A stretch of DNA of 64,000 bases from a virus: IMG/VR virus record IMGVR_UViG_3300046171_000227, positions 1-64,000 of that record; one strand, 5' to 3'. The first letter of the stretch is position 1; the number at the start of each line of letters is the position of its first letter. Below, piece by piece: positions 1 through 8,424 of this stretch. The notes beneath the pieces were generated by a model that was not told where the DNA came from, searched no databases, and saw only the letters and a program-made list of their open reading frames with translations. The position numbers and the translations under genes are program-made.

Positions 1-427
1 ACTACTTTTAAGTGCCCCAAACTTAAGATCATTTCAATTCTCATTCAAAATGAGTGCCAGAAGTAGAACTGAGGCAACACAAATCAAAAAAATTATTAGA
101 TTTTTCAAGCAAGGAATGTCCGTAAAGAGATCTCCAACCTCTCTCTTTATCGTCTCTCCGAATATGTTTAGGATTAAATATTTGACTGATGAAGGAATAC
201 AACATCCATCAATAGGAAGAATTAAAGATTGTGCCTTAACTGCACTAAATACACAATATACTCCTGATGGAACATATATGACTTTTGATGATTTAGGAAG
301 AACCATGACTTCTTATCAAATCGATATGACATTTACTGAACTTGAACCACTGACTGAAAATGATTATGTAACAGGGCCCATAGAAGATGATCCAATATTC
401 TCTAATGACAATCAGATAGGATACTGA
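1..427 (+). CDS. Baseplate tail-tube cap (T4 gp48-like), 3' part; gene probably begins before the window
   Basis: The ORF 50..427 reading frame resembles the cyanophage gp48 C-terminus (CALT...YTPDG...FTELEPL), and it lies directly upstream of gp53. Confidence 0.7.
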   Translation, partial: LLLSAPNLRSFQFSFKMSARSRTEATQIKKIIRFFKQGMSVKRSPTSLFIVSPNMFRIKYLTDEGIQHPSIGRIKDCALTALNTQYTPDGTYMTFDDLGRTMTSYQIDMTFTELEPLTENDYVTGPIEDDPIFSNDNQIGY

Positions 428-1095
428 TGGCAAGTTATTTCAGACAAGTTCCAGATTTCGATTATGTCAACAGAGATTCTGATGGCAAAAATATTGGTGA
501 CTATCAAGTAGTAAAAAACTTATTTAAAAGAGTAAAGATTCGTCAAGATATTCTTGAAAATATTGCATACTTTACTCAATATCAGATTGTTGGTGATGAT
601 CGTCCTGACAATGTTGCTTTTGAAATCTATGGAGACGAAACATTTGATTGGTTAGTTCTTCTCTCTAATAATATCGTCAATATCCAGAATGAGTGGCCTA
701 TGAACCAGTCATCATTTGATGAATTCTTAATTAAAAAGTATGGAAGTATTGAGAAGACACAAAATATTCATCACTATGAAACCAGAGAACTAAAGAATGA
801 TTCTGGACAGATTGTAACACCTAAAGGTTTAAATGTACCCAAGAATTATAAAGTTGAATATTTTGATGTTGAAAGGGGACAATATGTTATTAGAACGAAT
901 GAAGTAGATGCAGTTACGAACTATGTTTATGAAATTCGTAAAGAAGAAGCAAAAAGAAACATCTACTTACTGAAACCAGATTATATCGAACTTGTCCTTG
1001 AAGATACGCAAAGATTGATGCAATATAGAAAAGGTTCTACTCAATATGTGAGCAGAACCTTGAAGAGAGGAGAAGATATTAGATTGTTTAATTAA
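427..1095 (+). CDS. gp53: Baseplate wedge subunit gp53
   Basis: YFRQVPDFDY start, RPDNVAFEIYGD...DWLVLLSNNI...EWP and IHHYET motifs are typical of gp53. Confidence 0.9.
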   Translation: MASYFRQVPDFDYVNRDSDGKNIGDYQVVKNLFKRVKIRQDILENIAYFTQYQIVGDDRPDNVAFEIYGDETFDWLVLLSNNIVNIQNEWPMNQSSFDEFLIKKYGSIEKTQNIHHYETRELKNDSGQIVTPKGLNVPKNYKVEYFDVERGQYVIRTNEVDAVTNYVYEIRKEEAKRNIYLLKPDYIELVLEDTQRLMQYRKGSTQYVSRTLKRGEDIRLFN

Positions 1096-2036
1096 CTCTC
1101 TGCCAGTTTTTGGAAGTAGGAGAGTGCATCATCTTCGTCTTCGTCTTTTGATACAACTGGTGTAGATGCAGTGATATCAGGAGAATTGAAGTCAGGTTTG
1201 GAGCGTGTCAGTGATTCTTGAATCTGACGCTCTGCAGACTCTTTTGCTGCATAACCATCATACTCAGTCTCTTCATCTGCAGGAGAAGGAGTGCGGGACT
1301 TCTGTCCCAGTACATACTTCAGACGACGCTCAAGATCTTCATAGGACTTGAACTGATCTTCAGCAGTCAGTCCGGCGAGAGAATACTGCTTCTTCCAGAT
1401 TGCTTCCATGGCATCATCATCGGAGAGGAGGGGAGAAGCTGCTTCAAACTCAGACTTGTCATAATTCCAGTAACCGTCTTTCTTGACAATCTTCAGTTTG
1501 AAGTTTGCACCCTGCCAGAAGTCAAAGGGATTGATGGGAGTTTCGTCTTCAAACTCGGGTTGCATTGCTTCCATGATCTTATCAAAGATCTTCTTACCGA
1601 ACTTATAGAGGAAGACACCACCTTCATTGTGAGGATTAGTAGGATCCTTCACAACATAAACATTTGCATAGTAAGACAGTTTACGCTTCTGCTTACGAAC
1701 AATTTCTTTGTTAGAGTCAATACCGCTGTTCCACAGTTCGCGGTTGTGCTCTGATACGGGATCTTTTTGTCCCAGAGTTGTGAGAGAGTTCTCAATGTAC
1801 CAACCACCAGTGCCTTGGAAGGCATGAGAGTACATCTTTGCCCAAGGGAGATCTTCTCCATCAGGGGCAGGCAGGAAACGAAGAACGGCAAACCCGTTAC
1901 CAACTTTATCTACTTCGGGTTTCCAGAGGCGATCATCACCTCCACCACCACTATTATTCATCTTCTCTACTTCTTTGACGAGTTTGGAAGTCAGAGAACC
2001 AATAGAGGATTGCTTTTTAAGATCAGAAAAGGACAT
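1092..2036 (-). CDS. gp32: Single-stranded DNA-binding protein gp32
   Basis: DDRLWKPEVDKVGNGFAVLRFLP, WYIENSLTT, FDFWQGANFKLK motifs and an acidic tail ending DDALSYFQKLAE. Confidence 0.95.
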   Translation of the reverse strand: MSFSDLKKQSSIGSLTSKLVKEVEKMNNSGGGGDDRLWKPEVDKVGNGFAVLRFLPAPDGEDLPWAKMYSHAFQGTGGWYIENSLTTLGQKDPVSEHNRELWNSGIDSNKEIVRKQKRKLSYYANVYVVKDPTNPHNEGGVFLYKFGKKIFDKIMEAMQPEFEDETPINPFDFWQGANFKLKIVKKDGYWNYDKSEFEAASPLLSDDDAMEAIWKKQYSLAGLTAEDQFKSYEDLERRLKYVLGQKSRTPSPADEETEYDGYAAKESAERQIQESLTRSKPDFNSPDITASTPVVSKDEDEDDALSYFQKLAES

Positions 2037-2077
2037 TTTTGTATTTGTGAGATTTGGCTTTTGAGTACTTCGTTATT

Positions 2078-2422
2078 CTACACGTCGAAACCCTGTGTGT
2101 CAATCTGCTTCTTCATAGCGTCGAGCATCTTTCCCATATTAGAGAAGATGACACTAATGTCAACATCTTTCGGAAGTCCCATCATTGTAGCAGATTCTAC
2201 AATACGGGTTTTCATCATCTTTGCTTCGGGATCATCGGATAAACTCAGTCTCGTATAGAGAACCTTTTGTTTATCCAGTAGTCTTTCTAGAAGAGACACA
2301 TGAAACTTTTTCTCCTCTGTATTCATAGAGGGGAACTTAAAAACACTACTATAAACTTCTTCTTGAAGTTCCTGAATTTCCGTCATTTCTGCGCGGACTA
2401 CATCAGAATCAAAAAAACTCAT
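2078..2422 (-). CDS. DUF1825-like conserved cyanobacterial/cyanophage protein
   Basis: MSFFDSDVVRAEM...RLSLSDDPEA; start moved to the internal ATG that overlaps the gp59 stop. Confidence 0.7.
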   Translation of the reverse strand: MSFFDSDVVRAEMTEIQELQEEVYSSVFKFPSMNTEEKKFHVSLLERLLDKQKVLYTRLSLSDDPEAKMMKTRIVESATMMGLPKDVDISVIFSNMGKMLDAMKKQIDTQGFDV

Positions 2423-3018
2423 GCTTCTCCTAAAACTACTTCTTTCAATATTTTTTTGTAACGAAATACATCTATATTTAGGAAAGGTGTGTACTTTCTC
2501 AGTTTTAAACTTACTGATGTCCATACAGGATCAGTCAGTTGTTTATCCCAGTTTGTTTTATAACCAAGGATAAGATTCAATATTACCATAGTTTCGATAG
2601 AAACATTACCCCTAAGATACTCTTTAAGAATAAGAGGATGTTTTGATCCATCTAAGGCAAACATTGAATCTATATTATTATCAATGAATACTTTACTAGT
2701 TTCTTCCTTAAAAAGATAAGAAAGAGACTGAGTGCGTTTCTTCCATGACATGTATCTACCTTCACCTTCTCGGATCATTTCGCCAATCCAAAGTTTTGCG
2801 GGATCTGTACAATCAATGAAGTTAGACACAAAAAATTCGATTACTTCTTTGTCCGATTTGTTACGTGCTAATTTTTCAAACCAGAATCTATCTTTGCGTT
2901 TATAAAAAGACTTTACTGTGGCACGACTTTTACCACAATACTTATGATAATCATATTTCTCTTTAGTAAAATGATTCTTTAAAGAAAGATACGATTTATA
3001 GGCATCAAACGGCATCAC
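2419..3018 (-). CDS. gp59: Helicase loader gp59
   Basis: YLSLKNHFTKEKYDYHKYCGK...FYKRKDRFWFEKL; synteny between gp33 and gp32. Confidence 0.85.
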   Translation of the reverse strand: MMPFDAYKSYLSLKNHFTKEKYDYHKYCGKSRATVKSFYKRKDRFWFEKLARNKSDKEVIEFFVSNFIDCTDPAKLWIGEMIREGEGRYMSWKKRTQSLSYLFKEETSKVFIDNNIDSMFALDGSKHPLILKEYLRGNVSIETMVILNLILGYKTNWDKQLTDPVWTSVSLKLRKYTPFLNIDVFRYKKILKEVVLGEA

Positions 3019-3019
3019 T

Positions 3020-3640
3020 TTATTGATATTGTAAATTAGGGATATTATCACTCTTAGTATTTTTAAGAAAAAAGTCCCCAATCATATTGAATGCAATTGT
3101 AATTCTTTCTTCATCTCGCAGTTGCTCTTTTACGTGATGTCGAACATGACTTGGAAATAAAACCATTGTACCATCATATCCATCATATTTAATATCATAA
3201 TCATCAAAATAAGTAGGATGATCGTGATTTTTATAATATATTACACCCGATAAATCTCCTCTATGAATATGAGTAGGATTGTCATCACCTTTATATGAAA
3301 AATTAGTCCATAAATCGTAAAAATCGTAATGTCCAACACTACTCAGCAATTGAAAATTTTTACTTTCAAAAATTTTATTTGCTAATCTGATAATCCATGG
3401 CAACCAAAAAGATTGTTGAATTAAATTATATGGAACTGATGTCTGGTAAGAATTATGTTTAATGCCAGCAGCAGCAGCAACATATCCTGCATTTTCGACT
3501 GCTTTAAGTTCAGCAAGAGGATGATCTTTAATTTTTTTTGATTCATCAACCCAGACATCAATTTCTTTCATAATCAAATCGGGTATTTTAGCAATCATGA
3601 CAGGACAATCTTCCTGCAATTTTTTAATTTCAAATTTCAT
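3020..3640 (-). CDS. Putative 2OG-Fe(II) oxygenase
   Basis: NPTHIH...LSGVIY...GTMVLFPSHVRHHV...ERITIAFN double-stranded beta-helix signature. Confidence 0.75.
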   Translation of the reverse strand: MKFEIKKLQEDCPVMIAKIPDLIMKEIDVWVDESKKIKDHPLAELKAVENAGYVAAAAGIKHNSYQTSVPYNLIQQSFWLPWIIRLANKIFESKNFQLLSSVGHYDFYDLWTNFSYKGDDNPTHIHRGDLSGVIYYKNHDHPTYFDDYDIKYDGYDGTMVLFPSHVRHHVKEQLRDEERITIAFNMIGDFFLKNTKSDNIPNLQYQ

Positions 3641-3718
3641 TATTTAAAAAAAACCTACAGACGAAAATTTTGCCGGAAATTTTTTTGCCCCTTTTTTGAA
3701 ATTAAAAGTTAATTTTGG

Positions 3719-3976
3719 TTAGAGGGGCAACTTGGCACGAGATGTTCTCTTGAGAAAGTTAAGTTCCATTGCTTCGTACTTTAACTTCTCTTTCAGAGGT
3801 TTAGATATAAGTTTGGGGACGGACTCCACATCAATTGAATTCAGATCACAGAAGTGAACGATGGCATCGATATAACTCATGTCTTGATTTTCAAGAACAA
3901 GTTTCTCTATATCCTGCGCGAATTTTGACGGGCAGAAGAATTTCTTTTCTAGTGCTTTTTCTAGTTCATTCTCCAT
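3719..3976 (-). CDS. gp33: Late-promoter transcription co-activator gp33
   Basis: YIDAIVHFC...VPKLISKPLKEKLKYEAMELNFLK. Confidence 0.9.
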   Translation of the reverse strand: MENELEKALEKKFFCPSKFAQDIEKLVLENQDMSYIDAIVHFCDLNSIDVESVPKLISKPLKEKLKYEAMELNFLKRTSRAKLPL

Positions 3977-4649
3977 TCTCTGTCCTAGTATTGTGATGTA
4001 CAAATTCTTTAATGTAACGAACTAGAAGTTTAATATAGTCGTCTTTGTTTCTTTTGTCAAATACTTCTACTTCACCACTGGGAGTTACCATGAGAGTGAT
4101 TAGTTTTTTAACCGGAATACCAGTCATCTCATAGTATGCACACGCATAAAACGTTTCTTGAACGAAGTAGTTTTCCAACCATTTCTCAGGTTTGATTTTT
4201 TCAGATGTTTTAAAGTCAATGACTGCAAGTTCTCCTTCGTACTCGCCGATGCAGTCAACCCTACCAGCCAATCCAAGATATTCTGAATACAGAGTTCTTT
4301 CAATAGCATGTACGTTATTTATCTTGTCAAGATATGGTTTGGCATGATGAAACATAAACTGAGTCATGGGACGGAAGTCATCCCAGTTCAGTTGCAAATT
4401 CATCAAATATGCTTGAGCTGCTTCATGAAAATCAGTTCCCCGTGCAGTGGCTTTCTTGGTAATACGATTTGCTTCTTCAATACCGACTCGCTTTCGCCAC
4501 TTTACGAAGATTTCTCTATTATAGAAGGAAGTCACAGAAGTGATAGAGGGAACCCACTGTCCATCTGGAAGATTATAGAGGCGAATTCCCTGTGTTTCTT
4601 TCTTGTTTAGTTCAATGTCACCGAGATAATTATGATGAATGAAGTTCAT
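3966..4649 (-). CDS. PD-(D/E)XK (Cas4-like) exonuclease
   Basis: PSITSV, RGTDFH, AGRVDCI and IDFKTS motifs. Confidence 0.85.
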   Translation of the reverse strand: MNFIHHNYLGDIELNKKETQGIRLYNLPDGQWVPSITSVTSFYNREIFVKWRKRVGIEEANRITKKATARGTDFHEAAQAYLMNLQLNWDDFRPMTQFMFHHAKPYLDKINNVHAIERTLYSEYLGLAGRVDCIGEYEGELAVIDFKTSEKIKPEKWLENYFVQETFYACAYYEMTGIPVKKLITLMVTPSGEVEVFDKRNKDDYIKLLVRYIKEFVHHNTRTENGE

Positions 4650-5398
4650 AGTTTAAGTTCGTCTTTCGCAAGCAAGTATTCTTTACATAGTCCAGAACGG
4701 ACGATATCTTCAACACCAAATTCAATGATATCAACGGAAGGCATAACTCTAAGAATATTCATAAAGTCATGAATACCATTCCTTTCATTCTGTTTAACCA
4801 AGTCAGTCTGAGTTGCGTCACCACAGAACATGATCTTAGTATCTTCACCAACTCTAGTAATAATACTATCAAGTTCGTGAAAGTTCAAGTTCTGATATTC
4901 ATCAACAATAATAATCGCTCTATCTAAAGTAGTGCCTCGGATAAAAGATGTGCTCCAGAAACTAATTGTTCCTTGAGTCTTCAGATTACCGTAAAGCATT
5001 TCAAAATCTGTCTCTGAGGGGAGAGAGAACATATACTTTACCATATTCTTGTAAGGAATCTGATAGATATCAGATTTATCCTCATGATCACCAGGTAAAA
5101 ATCCAATCTCTCTAGTTGCTACAAGAGATCTAACAATATAGATTTTATCGTATGGAGATCTTTCATCAAGAACTTCTCTCAGTGCATTGTAGAGAGTAAT
5201 GAATGTTTTACCCGTACCTGCTGCACCGTATGCAACTAAGTTTTTATTATCAGAGTAAGCGTCAAATAGTTTTTGCTGATTATCAGTAAGAGGATCAATG
5301 CTCCTCATCAACTCAGTGTTAATTGGTTTGCGGCGTTTCATTTGCTTTGCAGTTAAACCAACACCAATTGGTTGATCTCTTTTTCTTTTTGCAGGCAT
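4646..5398 (-). CDS. phoH: PhoH-family ATPase
   Basis: GAAGTGKT P-loop, IGFLPGD, FIRGTTL, VDEYQN, GDATQTDL, DIVRSG. Confidence 0.95.
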   Translation of the reverse strand: MPAKRKRDQPIGVGLTAKQMKRRKPINTELMRSIDPLTDNQQKLFDAYSDNKNLVAYGAAGTGKTFITLYNALREVLDERSPYDKIYIVRSLVATREIGFLPGDHEDKSDIYQIPYKNMVKYMFSLPSETDFEMLYGNLKTQGTISFWSTSFIRGTTLDRAIIIVDEYQNLNFHELDSIITRVGEDTKIMFCGDATQTDLVKQNERNGIHDFMNILRVMPSVDIIEFGVEDIVRSGLCKEYLLAKDELKL

Positions 5399-5401
5399 AG
5401 A

Positions 5402-5650
5402 TTAGACAGGTTTGACAGTAGAACCGGGGTACTTAGATGCACGATGTAAAACATCATTCCATCCAGGATGTGACTTTTTAAGTTTATCGTAGACTTCTCC
5501 AAGTTCACCGCATCCGGGTGCAGTGCTTGGATCACTCCAATCTCTTTGCCATTGAGGATTATCCTCTAGCCACTGAGTCCATTCATGTACACTAAGTTTA
5601 ACATCCTTTTGTTCACCAGTTTCCTTATTAATAACAGGATATGTAGCCAT
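5402..5650 (-). CDS. Conserved cyanophage hypothetical protein
   Basis: ORF MATYPVINKETGEQK...; late-promoter-like AATAAATA just upstream. Confidence 0.7.
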   Translation of the reverse strand: MATYPVINKETGEQKDVKLSVHEWTQWLEDNPQWQRDWSDPSTAPGCGELGEVYDKLKKSHPGWNDVLHRASKYPGSTVKPV

Positions 5651-5678
5651 AGAAATTAACTCACGATATTATATTTAT

Positions 5679-6314
5679 TCACCATTCCAATGCTTCCGCA
5701 ATAGAAGGGAACTGTTCTTTAAAGATGCGCTTAGCATCATTAGCAATGTCCATGTGCTCCTTCTGTGTGCCGTTTGCAGAGCGCAAATCAATGTAATGGA
5801 TCCATGAGCGGATAGAACCCGTCATGTAGAGTCTGGTGGGCACAGCGAGTGGAAGGACGAAGCGAGCACACTCCTTTGCGATTCCTTCACGAAGAAGTTC
5901 GTTGTAAAGATCCATACCCTCATTGAAATAATTTTCAATGCGTTGATTCAAGAACTTGATTTGTTTTGGATCGATATCATCAATAGAGTTCTGACGATTC
6001 TTTTCATCCTGACGACGAAGTTCAGGAATAGGAATACCAGCATCCAACCAGTTCACATCAGCATACCTTTGCGAAAATTCCTGATATGTGAAACTTCTAT
6101 GCCGAAGCACCTGAGCCGCGATTCCACGACTGGTGTTCAGTTCCAGAGTCATGAATGCCTGTTCAAAAATACTCCAGTGCTGATGTTTGATACAATATTT
6201 CAACAATCCAGAGAACTTTTCATTCTCTTGATTTTGAGGATTACTTACGCGAGCACAATATGCAATGTGTTTCTCCGCATCAGGAGTTACACTGATCAGT
6301 TTTACGTCGTTCAC
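5679..6314 (-). CDS. thyX: Flavin-dependent thymidylate synthase
   Basis: RHRSFTYQEFSQRY ThyX motif, HWSIFEQ, ECARFVLP. Confidence 0.95.
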   Translation of the reverse strand: MNDVKLISVTPDAEKHIAYCARVSNPQNQENEKFSGLLKYCIKHQHWSIFEQAFMTLELNTSRGIAAQVLRHRSFTYQEFSQRYADVNWLDAGIPIPELRRQDEKNRQNSIDDIDPKQIKFLNQRIENYFNEGMDLYNELLREGIAKECARFVLPLAVPTRLYMTGSIRSWIHYIDLRSANGTQKEHMDIANDAKRIFKEQFPSIAEALEW

Positions 6315-6443
6315 TTTTTTTCAGTACCTTCTTCACTAGTTTAGCATACATTACATCTTCTTGGGTATACCAGTCTGGATGTTTCTTTGCACTTTTGATT
6401 ATTTTTTTAGCTGCTTTTTTTGCGGATTTTTCTTCCATAGAAG

Positions 6444-6617
6444 TTAATCGGGATAACCGTCATCGTCATCAAAGATCTCATCATAATCAGTTATAACTGC
6501 ACTACCTTCACTATTATATTTAGATACGTCAGAATATACCTCAGACTCCAGTGCCTCTACTAGAGACTTAAGATTGCGAACAATAAGTTTCAATCTCTCT
6601 TGCTGTTCTGCTTCCAT
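6444..6617 (-). CDS. Small hypothetical protein (57 aa)
   Basis: Translated by hand: MEAEQQERLKLIVRNLKSLVEALESEVYSD...DYDEIFDDDDGYPD. Confidence 0.65.
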   Translation of the reverse strand: MEAEQQERLKLIVRNLKSLVEALESEVYSDVSKYNSEGSAVITDYDEIFDDDDGYPD

Positions 6618-6641
6618 TAAAAAAGGGGGCGAGTGCCCCCA
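6618..6641 (-). terminator. Rho-independent terminator ending the riboswitch-led operon
   Basis: Minus strand GGGGGC-ACTC-GCCCCC followed by a T run. Confidence 0.75.
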
Positions 6642-6664
6642 TTATAACATATTAAGATTGCAAG

Positions 6665-6823
6665 TCAATCAAATACTTTCCATTTTGGTGTGCCTAGAGA
6701 TTTTAGAAAAACCCACTTAGCATATGTAACACCACGATATGTCAAAAGTCTAAAGACTTTATCTGGATCATGTACCTCTGGATTGTATTCTGGAAGATCA
6801 TATTCTAATTTGATCTTCAGCAT
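6665..6823 (-). CDS. Small YRG-motif (DUF4278-like) protein, 52 aa
   Basis: Translated by hand: MLKIKLEYDLPEYNPEVHDPDKVFRLLTYRGVTYAKW...; GAGGAG Shine-Dalgarno upstream. Confidence 0.6.
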   Translation of the reverse strand: MLKIKLEYDLPEYNPEVHDPDKVFRLLTYRGVTYAKWVFLKSLGTPKWKVFD

Positions 6824-6834
6824 TTAATTCCTCC

Positions 6835-6930
6835 TCAAGAGTGTTGAAGAAGAACGATTTCGCCATAAAGTAGAGCCATAGTTGCAACACATGCCAAGGT
6901 AATTACGCCTGTGATTTGTAGTGCTTCCAT
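6835..6930 (-). CDS. Small membrane peptide, 31 aa
   Basis: MEALQITGVITLACVATMALLYGEIVLLQHS, one hydrophobic helix, GAGG upstream. Confidence 0.55.
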   Translation of the reverse strand: MEALQITGVITLACVATMALLYGEIVLLQHS

Positions 6931-6937
6931 AAGTGCC

Positions 6938-7102
6938 TCACTTAGTATAAGTGCGTCCACGATAGCAAAATGTGCCATGTGGTGCTTTACCTGACTTACG
7001 AACTTCACATTCTACACCACGATATTTGGTGAGAGTAATTTGTGAATCATGAAGAGCAGCTTGCTTGCTGATTTGCTCTTTGATAAGTTGAAGGGTGTTC
7101 AT
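6938..7102 (-). CDS. DUF4278-like protein, 54 aa (two YRG motifs)
   Basis: MNTLQLIKEQISKQAALHDSQITLTKYRGVEC...GTFCYRGRTYTK; AGGAGA SD; directly downstream of the glnA-type riboswitch. Confidence 0.75.
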   Translation of the reverse strand: MNTLQLIKEQISKQAALHDSQITLTKYRGVECEVRKSGKAPHGTFCYRGRTYTK

Positions 7103-7159
7103 TTGTTTTCTCCTGAAGTGGGTGATTTTGCTCCTTTAACCCCGTAGGGTGATCCGAGT

Positions 7160-7440
7160 TCCCGTTCCTTCAGTCGTTTGCGTCCGTCAAAGACGGATGA
7201 ACGCTCCGTTCCGCGACTTACTTGCGTCTCATGTGTATGCTCCCTTACATTCCCCCGCAACTTTCGATCTAAGATAACCTATAAGATTATACTTAGATTG
7301 GCGATCGAGATTGGAATCCATTTGAATTTCAACTGATCGTTGTAGAAACCTTTCACAAGACATATGCCAATCGTAAGGATTAGCGTCATTATGATGGGCA
7401 AGGGTTAATGCCAGTAAGATACTGAGCATGAGATGAACGA
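7160..7440 (-). ncRNA. Glutamine (glnA-type) riboswitch with two aptamer-like units and an ORF in the first P2 loop
   Basis: Minus strand: CGTTC-A-TCTCATG[...]CATGAGA-CGCAAGTA-AGTCG-CG-GAACG-GAG-CGTTC-A-TCCGTC-TTT-GACGGA-CGCAAA-CGACT-GAAG-GAACG. This matches the glnA P1/P2/E-loop/P3 layout, and DUF4278-like genes follow. Confidence 0.8.
7229..7429 (-). CDS. Hypothetical 66-aa protein with a hydrophobic N-terminus, nested in the riboswitch P2 loop
   Basis: ORF track; the ATG and TGA both lie inside the 7-bp inverted repeat TCTCATG/CATGAGA. Confidence 0.7.
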   Translation of the reverse strand: MLSILLALTLAHHNDANPYDWHMSCERFLQRSVEIQMDSNLDRQSKYNLIGYLRSKVAGECKGAYT

Positions 7441-7447
7441 CAAGTGT

Positions 7448-7476
7448 ATACTACACTATCAATTCTATTTAGTCAA
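7448..7476 (-). promoter_or_regulatory. Sigma70-type early promoter for the riboswitch transcript, with an overlapping late-like ACTAAATA
   Basis: TTGACT (7476-7471), 17-nt spacer, TAGTAT (7453-7448); predicted start site falls at about the 5' end of P1. Confidence 0.7.
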
Positions 7477-7487
7477 ATGTGTTGGTA

Positions 7488-7736
7488 TCAACACGAACAT
7501 TTATAGTTGATCTTGTTTAGATAATTCAGTGTCTCTTTAAGGCTTCCACGATGATTCACTCCGATAGCAATCTGTGGGTACTCTGCACCTTCTCCAAACT
7601 CTGCTCTGAATTGTTCTTCAGTAAAATCTACATCTAAAAGATATTCATGGAAATCATTATGAATACTTTTAAGAAGCATAGCAGCTCTTTCACATTCTTG
7701 ATTTCCGTTGCTGTAGATCCATGCTCGGATATTCAT
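7488..7736 (-). CDS. Glutaredoxin-fold protein (degenerate CxxC)
   Basis: QECERA...FTEEQFRAEFGEGAEYPQI resembles the Grx at 10500. Confidence 0.6.
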   Translation of the reverse strand: MNIRAWIYSNGNQECERAAMLLKSIHNDFHEYLLDVDFTEEQFRAEFGEGAEYPQIAIGVNHRGSLKETLNYLNKINYKCSC

Positions 7737-7877
7737 TTCTTTCTGCAGTTATACTCGATTACAATTTTTTCGTGTTCGGTAGTTTTATCACAGCAAATAA
7801 AATGCTTCGCTTCCCCACCCAAGATTTTACACACATTATCTAGTTGAGTTTTAACAGCAAATTTTTTAAAGTCGTCG

Positions 7878-8192
7878 TCAATCACGTTGCCTCCAATCAT
7901 CAGGTTTATCTTGCTTAAACCAATCTACAATTTCATCTGCACTATCGAATCCCGTTTTATAATTGGATGGATCGGGATCACCTAGTCCCATCCTATTCAT
8001 AAAATCATCAACAGTTCCCTCTTCAATATCATGAGCGGCTTGACGACGTGCTTTATTCAACCAATCTCTAGCAAGGGTGTGTGCCTTGGCAAGTTTTTCT
8101 GCCCAAATCATATCCTCTAGTGGAACATCTTCTTTGTTGGCGATGCAACGACAGATAGACTCCAGACGAAGGCGGTATGCGGTAGAAAGCAT
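7878..8192 (-). CDS. Conserved cyanophage hypothetical protein
   Basis: MLSTAYRLRLESICRCI...MGLGDPDP...DDWRQRD. Confidence 0.7.
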   Translation of the reverse strand: MLSTAYRLRLESICRCIANKEDVPLEDMIWAEKLAKAHTLARDWLNKARRQAAHDIEEGTVDDFMNRMGLGDPDPSNYKTGFDSADEIVDWFKQDKPDDWRQRD

Positions 8193-8193
8193 G

Positions 8194-8391
8194 TTAGTTC
8201 GTTTTGAGTTTGTCTTTTAGATCTAAAACCTTATTGACTTCATCAATAGCAACAGACATCCTTGTACCAAGGATATCCATGATATCACTGTAGATTATTT
8301 CATTATCCACGTAGTCATCGAAATAAGTGTCTATCGCTTCTTTGAGATATCTTTTTCGATGCCACTCAGGACTGTAAGGTTTGTAAGTCAT
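8194..8391 (-). CDS. Hypothetical protein
   Basis: ORF in operon context. Confidence 0.6.
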   Translation of the reverse strand: MTYKPYSPEWHRKRYLKEAIDTYFDDYVDNEIIYSDIMDILGTRMSVAIDEVNKVLDLKDKLKTN

Positions 8392-8424
8392 AATTAAGGT
8401 ATCATGTGGATATTTAGTTATTGA

